Part shown: piece after piece, positions 30,784 to 39,280 of the stretch
Numbering within the stretch: position 1 is the first letter of the stretch
How the letters are laid out: the number at the start of each line of letters is the position of its first letter
DNA from: Planctomycetota bacterium
Lineage (GTDB): Bacteria; Planctomycetota; Planctomycetia; Gemmatales; Gemmataceae
NCBI GenBank assembly: GCA_017306025.1
Contig: JAFKJJ010000540.1
Location: forward strand, 1,640-65,639
DNA: 64,000 bases
Reading direction: 5' to 3'
Notes under the pieces: model-generated
Seen by the model: only the letters and a program-made list of their open reading frames with translations
Database searches by the model: none
What the model was told of the DNA's origin: nothing
Made by a program: the position numbers and the translations under genes

Positions 30784-30937
30784 TACCGAATCCGGGTGAA
30801 GAGTATCGGTCGCGAGTAGCGGCCTTTATTGTGGGGCCGGCCGCCGGGCCTGCCTTCGCTATGGCAGGCCCGGCGGCCGGCCCCACAGCCAATACACGCT
30901 CGAACCGTGACCGTTACCGATTCGCCCGACTTGGTAT
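30783..30937. mobile_element. MITE-like element with imperfect terminal inverted repeats and a central 25-bp perfect hairpin
   Basis: Ends ATACCGAATCCGGGTGAA.. / ..TTCGCCCGACTTGGTAT. Hairpin 30830-30854 / 30863-30887. Confidence 0.5.
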
Positions 30938-30943
30938 GACGCC

Positions 30944-31586
30944 ATGCCGCCCAGCTCGCTCGCGGTCGAAACCGTCGCCATCACCGGCCAGCAGGCGCAA
31001 GCTGTTCTTCTTCTGCGAGCAACCGGCCGAAACCGGCGGGGCGACGCCCGTTTGCCGATCGGACGTGTTGTGGGAGCGGTTGAAGGAGCGGTGCCCGGCG
31101 TTCGCGCGCGACTGCGAGACAAAAGGGCTGCGGTACTCGCACGTGATGCCGGGCGAGAACGACGCGGCATCCGGGATGAGCCAGAGTTGGCAAAGCACGC
31201 TGCGTGCAACGACCCGCCCCGGGGCCGAGGAGCGTCTGCGCGAACTCGGTTACGCGTGGGAATGGCTGACGGACGGCCTGCGCGTGACGACGTCGGTTCT
31301 GCCCGCGGTGCGGAAGCTGCCGGACGGGCGGATGACGTTTTTCAACCAACTGATCGCCGCGGCCCGCGGGTGGAAGGACCCCTCCAGAGCGATCACGTTC
31401 GGCGACGGTACCCCGCTCGACCGCGACGCGGTGTTGGTCGCGGCGGAACTGGGCGACGAACTCTCCTGCGACGTCCCGTGGCAGCGCGGCGGCGTGGCAC
31501 TGGTCGACAACTTCGTCGCGATGCACGGGCGGCGGACGTTCACCGGCACGCGGAAGGTGCTGGCGTCGCTGATCGCTGCCGCTTGA
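30944..31586 (+). pseudogene. TauD/TfdA-type dioxygenase with internal deletion and frameshift
   Basis: Plausible start MPPSSLAVETVAITGQQA jumps frame into KLFFFCEQPAETGGATP...WQRG.VALVDN..AMHGRR.F.G.RKV. The HxD/E-containing N-terminal part is absent. Confidence 0.8.
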
Positions 31587-31590
31587 TGGC

Positions 31591-32929
31591 TCACGACACC
31601 CACGCCGGCTCCCACCCCTTGCGGTAGCTCTTTCGCAGGAGCGCGTCGGCGGCTTTCGAGTTGGTCACCTGGAGCGCCGCGGCGTCCCACTTGAGGGTTT
31701 CGCCCGGGACGCGAATCGCGATCGTGCCGAGCAACACGGCTTCTGTTAGCGGGGCCGCGTAGTCGAAGTGCGAGGTCGTCTTGCCCACACCGCGGCACGC
31801 GTCCACCCACGACACGTAGTGGTCCACCCCCTCCGCCTTCTCGATCTTGAAGCCCTTGAACGTCTCTTCCGGCAGCAGCCGGGGCATCCCGACGTGGAAC
31901 GAGGAGCGAGCCCTTCTCGTCGATCAGGAGCGAGCCGGAGCCGGGGAGCTTCACGCCCTCCGCCACGCCGAGCTTCTCGCGGGCGGGCAATTTCCCCTCG
32001 CCGTCGTACCACGTCAGCTTGAGCGTCTTGCCCGCGGTGTGCTGCGTGCCGGGGAACTCGTAATTCACAACCGACCACTTGTACCGCGCCTCGCGGTTGA
32101 GCGGCGACGACTCGCCCCGAACCGTCAGCGGGGCCGTCAGGTCCAGGGCGGTAAACACCGGGTCGAGGATGTGGCAGCCGAAGTCGCCGAGTTGGCCGTT
32201 GGAGAAGTCCTGCCACGCCCGCCAGTTCCACGGGTGGTAGATCTTCTCCTTGAACGGCCGCACGGGTGCAGCGCCCAGCCAGTTGTCCCACCCGTGGAGC
32301 GTCTTCGGCACCGGGTCCTCGCCCGGCGGCCGGTCGTCCGCCGTCAGCCACTTCATCGTGCCGGACTGCCAGGAGTGGACCTCCTTCACCTCACCGACGG
32401 CGCCGCCGCGCACGAGCCTCACCGCGGTGCGGTAGAACTCGTGCGACTGGATCTGGTTGCCCATCTGCGTGACCGCCCCGGCCTTCTTCGCGGCCAGCCG
32501 CATCTGCCGGGCCTCGAAGACGGTGTGCGCGAGCGGCTTCTGACAGAAGACGTACTTGCCCAGCGCCAGCGCCGCCAGCGCGATCGGGGCGTGCGTGTGG
32601 TCCGGCGTGGAGACGGTGACCGCGTCGAACTCTTTTGGCTTGTCGAGGACCCGGCGCCAGTCGGCGAACCGCGCCGCAGCCGGGAACTTCTCCGCGGCGC
32701 GGCCCATGTGCTTCTCGGTGTCGTCGATGTCGCACAGGCTGGCCACGGACACCTTGGGGCTGGCCGCGACCCCGGTGAGGTCCGACCACCCCTTGCCGCC
32801 GCCCACCGACGCGAGCCGGAGTTGCTCGTTGGCCCCGTAGACGCGCGCCTAGGACGCCGCGGTGAGCGCGGCCGCCGCACCACCAACGTTCCCAAGGAAC
32901 CGCCGACGCGAAAGGGCGTGAACACGCAT
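31591..32929 (-). pseudogene. Tat-exported Gfo/Idh/MocA oxidoreductase, disrupted
   Basis: MRVHALSRRRFL..AAS-TAG(32849-32851)-ARVYGANE; STPDHTH, CQKPL, QMGNQ; frameshift near 31895 (LLVP|HVGMPRLLP). Confidence 0.88.
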
Positions 32930-32979
32930 GAGGCCGCTCGGGTTAGGGGGAAACTTCGGTCGAGGTCCGCCCGGCCGAC

Positions 32980-33963
32980 TCACGAGTGACCGAGGATCGG
33001 GTGCGGACGGTACGGCTCTTCGAGCGCCTTGAGCTCGTCCGGTTCGAGTTTCACGGCGAGCGCGGCGAGCGCGTCATCGAGGTGGTGCGGCTTCGACGCG
33101 CCGACGATCGGGGCCGTTACCCCCGGCTGGTGGAGCAGCCACGCGAGCGCCACCTGCGCGTTCGGCACCCCGCGCTTCTGCGCGATCTCCGTCACGCGAT
33201 CGACGACCGCAAAGTCGGCGTCCTGGTAGTAGAGCTTGTGGGCGTAATCGTCCGTCTTCGCGCGGCTCGTGTCGCCCTCGCCCTTCGCCCGGCGGTTGCC
33301 GGCCAGGAACCCGCGGGCCAGCGGGCTCCAGGGCAGAAGGCCCAGCCCCTCGTCGCGGCACAGCGGGTTCACCTCGCGCTCCTCCTCGCGGTACACGAGG
33401 TTGTAGTGGTTCTGCATCGTCACGAACCGCGCCAGCCCGAGCCGGTCGGAGGTGTGGAGCATTTTGGCCAACTGCCACGCGAACATGCTCGACGCCCCGA
33501 CGTGCAGCACCTTTCCCGCGCGCACCGCCGCGTCGAGCGCGGTGAGCGTCTCCTCGACCGGCGTCGTCGGGTCGAACCGGTGGATCTGGTACAGGGCATC
33601 GTAATCGAGTCGGAGCCGCCGGAGGCTGTTGTCGATAGCGTGGCGGATGTGCTTGGCCGAGAGCCCGCGCTCGTTGGCCGTCGGCCCCATCGGGTTGAAC
33701 ACCTTCGTCGCGATCACGACCTGCTCGCGCGGGATCGCGAGGTCGTGCAGCGCGCGGCCGAGCACCTCCTCGCTGGCGCCGTCGGAGTACATGTCCGCGG
33801 TGTCGAAGAAGTTGATCCCGGCTTCCCACGCGCGCCGGAAGAACGGCCGGCTCTGCTCCTCGTCGAGCACCCACGCGCGCCACTTCGGGGTGCCGTAGGT
33901 CATGCACCCGAGGCAGAGCCGCGACACCTTGATGCCGGTCCGGCCGAGATTAACGTGCTCCAC
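32980..33963 (-). CDS. Aldo/keto reductase
   Basis: LCLGCMTYG, FFDTADMYS.G.SE, IATKV, MQNHYNLVYREEERE, PWSPLARG. Confidence 0.93.
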   Translation of the reverse strand: MEHVNLGRTGIKVSRLCLGCMTYGTPKWRAWVLDEEQSRPFFRRAWEAGINFFDTADMYSDGASEEVLGRALHDLAIPREQVVIATKVFNPMGPTANERGLSAKHIRHAIDNSLRRLRLDYDALYQIHRFDPTTPVEETLTALDAAVRAGKVLHVGASSMFAWQLAKMLHTSDRLGLARFVTMQNHYNLVYREEEREVNPLCRDEGLGLLPWSPLARGFLAGNRRAKGEGDTSRAKTDDYAHKLYYQDADFAVVDRVTEIAQKRGVPNAQVALAWLLHQPGVTAPIVGASKPHHLDDALAALAVKLEPDELKALEEPYRPHPILGHS

Positions 33964-33988
33964 CGCGGATCTCCGCAAAGTCGGTTAC

Positions 33989-34065
33989 TTTCTGTAGCCG
34001 GCCCCTGTGGGGCCGGTGCGGGACGCGTGGTGTCGCACCGGCCCCACAGGGGCCGGCTACAGAAA
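33989..34065. repeat. GTAG-type REP doublet (32-bp perfect arms)
   Basis: TTTCT-GTAG-CCGGCCCC-TGT-GGGGCCGG-TGCG and its reverse complement at 34034-34065. Confidence 0.85.
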
Positions 34066-34084
34066 CAAAAGAAGATGACGCCCC

Positions 34085-35119
34085 TCAAGCGACCGGCGGC
34101 GGGTTGCGCTCGGCGAACCCGCGCTGGTGCCAGTACGGGTACGCGAGCGTCACCGCGCTGGCCTCGTCGAGCCGCGCCACCTGCGCGGGCGTCAGGTTCC
34201 AGCCGACCGCACCGAGGTTGTCCTTCAGTTGCTGCTCGTCGCGGGCGCCGATGATGACGCTGGACACCGTGGGCCGCTGGAGCAGCCAGTTGAGCGCGAC
34301 CTGCGGGACCGTTTTACCGGTCTCCTGCGCCACCGCGTCGAGCGCGTCCACCACCTTGTAGACGTGCTCGTCGGGCACGGGCGGCCCCTTCTCGTTGCTG
34401 ATCTGCGAGTTCAGCCGGCTCGTCTTCGGCAGCGGCTGCCCGCGGCGCATCTTGCCGGTGAGCCGGCCCCAGCCGAGGGGGCTCCACACCACGGCCCCGA
34501 CGCCCTGATCGAGCCCCAGCGGCATCAGCTCCCACTCGTAATCGCGGCCGACGAGCGAGTAGTACGCCTGGTGCGCGACGTACCGCGACCAGCCGTAGCG
34601 GTCCGAGACCGCGAGCGACTTCATGAGGTGCCAGCCGGAGAAGTTCGAGCAGCCGATGTAGCGCACCTTCCCCGCCTTCACCAGCCCGTCGAGCGCGGAG
34701 AGCGCCTCCTCGACCGGCGTCGTCGCGTCGAACCCGTGCATCTGGTACAGGTCGATGTAGTCGGTGCCCAGGCGCTTCAGTTGCGCCTCGCACGACCGGA
34801 TCAGGTGGAACCGCGACGAGCCGACGTCGTTCGCCCCGTCGCCGAGGCGGAACGTGGCCTTCGTGGAGACGAGCACCTTCTCGCGCCGGCCCCTGATGGC
34901 CGCGCCGAGCACCTGTTCGGCCAGACCGTTGGAGTAGATGTCGGCCGAGTCGAACATGGTGAGCCCGGCGTCGAGGCAGACGTCGACGAGCTTCGACGCG
35001 CCCTTGGCGTCGGTGTCGCCCCACGCCTTGAAGAACTCGTTCCCGCCGCCGAACGTGCCGGTGCCCAGGCTCAGCGCCGGCACCTTGAACCCGGACCGGC
35101 CCAACTGACGGTATTCCAT
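34085..35119 (-). CDS. Aldo/keto reductase
   Basis: LGTGTFGG, FDSADIYSNG, TDYIDLYQMH, YIGCSNF, WSPLGWG. Confidence 0.94.
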   Translation of the reverse strand: MEYRQLGRSGFKVPALSLGTGTFGGGNEFFKAWGDTDAKGASKLVDVCLDAGLTMFDSADIYSNGLAEQVLGAAIRGRREKVLVSTKATFRLGDGANDVGSSRFHLIRSCEAQLKRLGTDYIDLYQMHGFDATTPVEEALSALDGLVKAGKVRYIGCSNFSGWHLMKSLAVSDRYGWSRYVAHQAYYSLVGRDYEWELMPLGLDQGVGAVVWSPLGWGRLTGKMRRGQPLPKTSRLNSQISNEKGPPVPDEHVYKVVDALDAVAQETGKTVPQVALNWLLQRPTVSSVIIGARDEQQLKDNLGAVGWNLTPAQVARLDEASAVTLAYPYWHQRGFAERNPPPVA

Positions 35120-35218
35120 CGCTGACCCTCGGAGCGCGACACGGGCGACGGGCGTAGGCAGTTATACTCGCCGACGGGCGACGTGCTTACGAAGATCCCG
35201 CGCGGCCGCGGCGGGCCT

Positions 35219-36466
35219 TCACCCGACCCGCTTCAACAGCTCGTTCAGCACTTCGGCGTCGCTGGGGTAGTCCGTCGGCAGGATCACGCGGAGCGGCACC
35301 GGCACCTCGTCCATCCGGTAGGCGGTGCCCGGCCGGTGGACGCCGTAAACCGCCGTCGTGAACCGCACCGCGGCCGGCACCGGCGGCGCCACGTTCGCCG
35401 AATCCAGCGCGATTACGGGCACGCGCCGCAAGTGCTCGATCGCCGCGGGCGGGAAATCCGCGGCCGTCTCGCTCCCGATCAGAAGACACGCGTCGGGTTC
35501 ACCGCGGGCGAGCATTTCCGGCCCGGTGAACTCGCCGGGGTTGTACCGCGGGTACCCGCGGCTCAGGTTCACCCCGAACGGGTAGCCCGTCTGCCACGCG
35601 AGCACCGAATCGGCCCCGGCCACGTCGCCGTACCGGCGCATCCGCCGTGCGTAGAACCGCCCGCGGTCGTTCAGCTCCGAAACCAGTTGCAGGAGCGCCT
35701 CGACGGCGCGGTGCGCCTGCCGCTCGCGCGTCAGCCCGGCGCCGAAGAAGAAGGCCCCGCACCTCGCGGACGCGACGCGGGCCGCCAGCGCGGCGAGCGG
35801 TTCGGGCGCGGGCGCGGCGAGCCCCTTGCACAGCATCCGCAGCGTCCACAGCGCCTCCCAGTTCCGCCCGGACGGAACCGGTACGAACAGGTCGGCCCGC
35901 TTCGCGCTCTCCGTTACGCGATCGTCGACCACGACGACGAACCGCCCGGCACGGCCCCCCGGCACCCAGCGCCCGACCGCGTCGACCGAGTACCGCTCCA
36001 TGTGCCGGGGGTGCGTGACGACTGGGTCGCTCCCCCAGAACACCACCAGATCCGCGCGGTTCTTGACTTCGCCCAGCGTGCAGGTCGATTCGCCCACCTG
36101 CTGGAGCGCCATGAGCGAGGGGGCGTGCCCGGTGCTCGCGGTGGTGTCGACGGTGCCGCCCAGCTTCTCCGTCAGCGCGACCGCCGCGCGCTGCGCCTCC
36201 GTGGTGCTCCGCGACAGCCCGTAAACGAGCGGGTAGCGGGCGGCGCGAAGGATCTCGGCGGCGCGGTCGAACGCCGCTTCCGGCTCGGCCGGTTGGTCGC
36301 CGACCGTCGCCGCGGGCGGGCGGGTGGCGTTCTGCGAGAGGAACCACGGCTCGGCGAGGTGGCACGCGCCCCGGGCGGCGGTCACACGACCGTTCTCCAC
36401 CGCCACCGCGAGGTCGTCGCACACGCACCCGCAGACGGTGCAGCCGACGCTGGTCTGGGTCGTCAT
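35219..36466 (-). CDS. Formylmethanofuran dehydrogenase subunit B / formyltransferase-hydrolase complex FhcB homologue
   Basis: CTVCGCVCDDL, CTLGEVKNRADLVVFWG.DP..HPRH..RY, WQTGYPFGV, YNPGEF, GTAYRMDEVP. Confidence 0.9.
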   Translation of the reverse strand: MTTQTSVGCTVCGCVCDDLAVAVENGRVTAARGACHLAEPWFLSQNATRPPAATVGDQPAEPEAAFDRAAEILRAARYPLVYGLSRSTTEAQRAAVALTEKLGGTVDTTASTGHAPSLMALQQVGESTCTLGEVKNRADLVVFWGSDPVVTHPRHMERYSVDAVGRWVPGGRAGRFVVVVDDRVTESAKRADLFVPVPSGRNWEALWTLRMLCKGLAAPAPEPLAALAARVASARCGAFFFGAGLTRERQAHRAVEALLQLVSELNDRGRFYARRMRRYGDVAGADSVLAWQTGYPFGVNLSRGYPRYNPGEFTGPEMLARGEPDACLLIGSETAADFPPAAIEHLRRVPVIALDSANVAPPVPAAVRFTTAVYGVHRPGTAYRMDEVPVPLRVILPTDYPSDAEVLNELLKRVG

Positions 36467-36476
36467 AACGGAGGGG

Positions 36477-36601
36477 GTGTGAGTGCGGGCGGGGCGTGAG
36501 GGTGGCAAAGCCGGCGTGCGAAGAACGAAGGGAGGCACGCGGCCGGAACGGCTCTCGGTTCCGGCCGCGTGCCTCCCTCGCACTCACACCCGCACTCACA
36601 C
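36477..36601. repeat. Nested palindromic intergenic element
   Basis: Inner 21-bp stem 36529-36549 / 36558-36578. Outer GTGTGAGTGCGGG / CCCGCACTCACAC. Confidence 0.75.
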
Positions 36602-36606
36602 TCTCG

Positions 36607-39174
36607 TTACTTGGCGAACCCGCCGGGGCCGTCCTTGTACGGCTTGAACAGCGCGCCGTCGATGGTGAACACGGGGTCCGACTGCGGCAGCCACGCCGAC
36701 CAGCCGTAGTACGTCGCGCCCGCGTCCGGCGTCGCGCCGAGGTTCAGCGCCACCGCCCCGCCCGGCCAGCGGAACGTCGCCTGGAGGTTCTGCTTCGGGT
36801 CGCCGAACCCGTGCTTGGCCTCCGGCGGACCCTTCTCGAACGACTTCACCGACGCCTTCGTCACCATCTCGATGAACGCGTTCAGCTTCGCCGGGTCGAG
36901 CTGGAACGAGTCCGGCGTCGGCGCCTTCTTCTCCCACACGCCGGCCGCGTTCTTCTCGAACTTCAACGCGATCCCGCCCCAGCCGGTCAGTTCCACCACG
37001 TTCACCCGCGCCGCGGGCACGTTGCGGAAGATGAGGCGGTCGCGGAGGTCCGGGTGGGCGAACCGGTCGAAGACCCGCCGCTGGATCGTGAAGATCGCGG
37101 CCTTACCGGTAAAGCGCGCGTACACCTTGTCCGGGTCGGTGGCGTCGCGGCCGAACTCGTAAACGCGGTCGTTGTCGCTTTTGTCACCCAGCCCCACCAC
37201 CACCTTCAGCCGCGGCGGGGCGAGGCCGAACTCCGCCGGGTTACCCGTCCCTTCGTCCACGAACTTGCCGAACGCCCCTTGCGAGGTCGCCAGCAGGTGC
37301 AGCAGTTCCTTCACCGCGGCCGTGTCGGCCACCTGCCCCTTCTTGTCGGCCGGCTCGACGAACCGCCAGAGGGTCTCTTTCGTCGTCGGGTCGGGCTTCT
37401 CGTCCCTGGCGAGCGTGTAGGCGTTGGCACCCGTCACGACGAGCCTCACCGCGGCCGTGTCGGAGAACGTCGGCAGCGTCTGATCGAGCAGGTCCAGCCG
37501 CGTTTTCGCCACCGACTGCACCACGTCCACGGTCTCGGTCGCGCCCGGGCTCGGTTTGATCGCGGCCGCTACCGCGAACTCGTTCGCCTGACCGCCCGGC
37601 AGCGTGCGGCGGACGTACACCGTCTCGCCCTCCTTGCGGCCGAACTCCAGCTTCACCGGCTCCGCCTTCTTCGCCGGCTCGGCCTTCGGGTCGGCCGGCG
37701 GGTTGAACCCGTCGACCCACACGTACACGGTCGCGGAGACCGCGGCGAAGTTCGCCGGGTTGGGCGCGGGGAAGTCCTTGATCGTCCGCTTCGCCGTCAG
37801 CACCTCCACGAGCTTCGTCACGGCCGGGTCGAACGCCTTCTGCGGGTCGTTCGGCCCGCCGTAGAGCTTCCACTCGGTCCCGACCTTGCGCAGCTTGGTC
37901 GGCTTGTCCGGCGCCTGCCCCGCGACGAGGACGTCGAGGCCGTCCACCTGTTTCCCGGCGGCGACGTTCAGCAGGTTGCGGTCGCGGAGCGCGCCCGGGT
38001 CGGTGATGACGGCCGCGAGCCCGCCGAGGTTGGTCGCGGAGGCCCGGATCACGCCCGGCGTGCCCTCGACCTGCACGTACATCTTGCCCCCGGTCGGCGG
38101 GTGCGGCGGCATGCCGGGCAGCGGCGGGGGCGCCGCGCCGGCCTCGAACTTGCCGAAGTACGCCACCACCGTCTGCCCGTCGCGCGTCTTCATCTCGACG
38201 CGGATGCGGTCCGGGTTGTCCGGATTGAGCCCGTACTCTTTCAGGTCCTTCGGCTGGTCGATGAAGTCCCCCGGGGCGAGCGCCGAGACGTTGGCCAGCG
38301 CGCGGAGCAGCGGGTTGACGCCGGTGAACTTGTCCGGCGGCGCGGCGCCGTCGCCCTCGGCGTCGGCGTCGCCCCACCCGGCCGGGGCGTCGAACTTCCA
38401 CCCGCCCGACGGGGCGCGCGACAGCGCCAGTTCCTGCTTCTTGTTCGGCAGGCTCAGCTTGAGGAGCGTCACGTCCTCGCCCATCGCCCGGCTGTCGGCC
38501 GGGAACACGTTCGGCGCGCGGAAGTCGGAGGTCCACTTCGCCAGATCGACCGCCTTGCCGTCCTTGTCGCCCTCGCGGAACAGTGCGTCGAGGTCGGACC
38601 GGCGGACGGCCATCGGCCGCTTCGACTGCGCCGAGGTGGTCACGAACACCACGCCCTTGTCGCCGCCCATCGTCACGTCGCCGAGGTTGACGGTGGAGGA
38701 GCGCTCGGCCCCCTGGCGGAGCGTGACCTTCAGGCCGGGCGGGTCGAGCCCGTGGACGGCCGGGTTGGAGCTGAGCTCGCCGTAGGGGATCGGCTTGGCC
38801 CGCAGGAGCGCGTTGATGACCGGCAGCACCTTCGCGGGGTCGGCCTTCGCGCTGATGGGCTTCTGGATCTGCCAGGTGTTCCGCTCCTTGTCGGTGCGGA
38901 CGATGAGTAGCGTGGCGCCGTCGGCGCGCTCGAACTCGACGGAGTCGACCCCGTCGGCCTTCACGCCGGCGTTGGCCAGCTCGCTCGCGAGCGCGTCGGT
39001 GGTCGTCTCCTTGTTGTCGCCGAGCGACAGGACGAGGAGCAGGACCACGATGCCCAAGACGATCCCGATCAGAACGGCGGGCAGTCGGAAGTTCATCGGC
39101 GGTTGTCCCTGTGGCGGTCGCGGCGCCGGGCGAGAGGTGTCCCGCGCCGCCTCGTGTTGGGTCGGCTGACTCAT
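36607..39174 (-). CDS. Multi-DUF4340-domain membrane-anchored protein
   Basis: N-terminal TM; repeated W....P...AD, YGL.P, (L/F)R.R motifs; last gene of the ABC operon. Confidence 0.8.
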   Translation of the reverse strand: MSQPTQHEAARDTSRPAPRPPQGQPPMNFRLPAVLIGIVLGIVVLLLVLSLGDNKETTTDALASELANAGVKADGVDSVEFERADGATLLIVRTDKERNTWQIQKPISAKADPAKVLPVINALLRAKPIPYGELSSNPAVHGLDPPGLKVTLRQGAERSSTVNLGDVTMGGDKGVVFVTTSAQSKRPMAVRRSDLDALFREGDKDGKAVDLAKWTSDFRAPNVFPADSRAMGEDVTLLKLSLPNKKQELALSRAPSGGWKFDAPAGWGDADAEGDGAAPPDKFTGVNPLLRALANVSALAPGDFIDQPKDLKEYGLNPDNPDRIRVEMKTRDGQTVVAYFGKFEAGAAPPPLPGMPPHPPTGGKMYVQVEGTPGVIRASATNLGGLAAVITDPGALRDRNLLNVAAGKQVDGLDVLVAGQAPDKPTKLRKVGTEWKLYGGPNDPQKAFDPAVTKLVEVLTAKRTIKDFPAPNPANFAAVSATVYVWVDGFNPPADPKAEPAKKAEPVKLEFGRKEGETVYVRRTLPGGQANEFAVAAAIKPSPGATETVDVVQSVAKTRLDLLDQTLPTFSDTAAVRLVVTGANAYTLARDEKPDPTTKETLWRFVEPADKKGQVADTAAVKELLHLLATSQGAFGKFVDEGTGNPAEFGLAPPRLKVVVGLGDKSDNDRVYEFGRDATDPDKVYARFTGKAAIFTIQRRVFDRFAHPDLRDRLIFRNVPAARVNVVELTGWGGIALKFEKNAAGVWEKKAPTPDSFQLDPAKLNAFIEMVTKASVKSFEKGPPEAKHGFGDPKQNLQATFRWPGGAVALNLGATPDAGATYYGWSAWLPQSDPVFTIDGALFKPYKDGPGGFAK

Positions 39175-39280
39175 GGTCGTTGGTCGGAACGGCACGCGCC
39201 CCGCTCCCGTTCAGGGGCGGATCTCTTTTTGCCCCCGCTCCCGCGCGGGAGCGGGCGAACGCCGAGCGCCTTCCCGCGCC

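Noticed and set aside
28728-32851. Two in-frame TAG codons (28728-28730, 32849-32851) as possible pyrrolysine or amber recoding
   Set aside because: Both genes also carry frameshifts, the positions are not catalytic, and TAG is used as a normal stop elsewhere in the window. Pseudogenisation is simpler.
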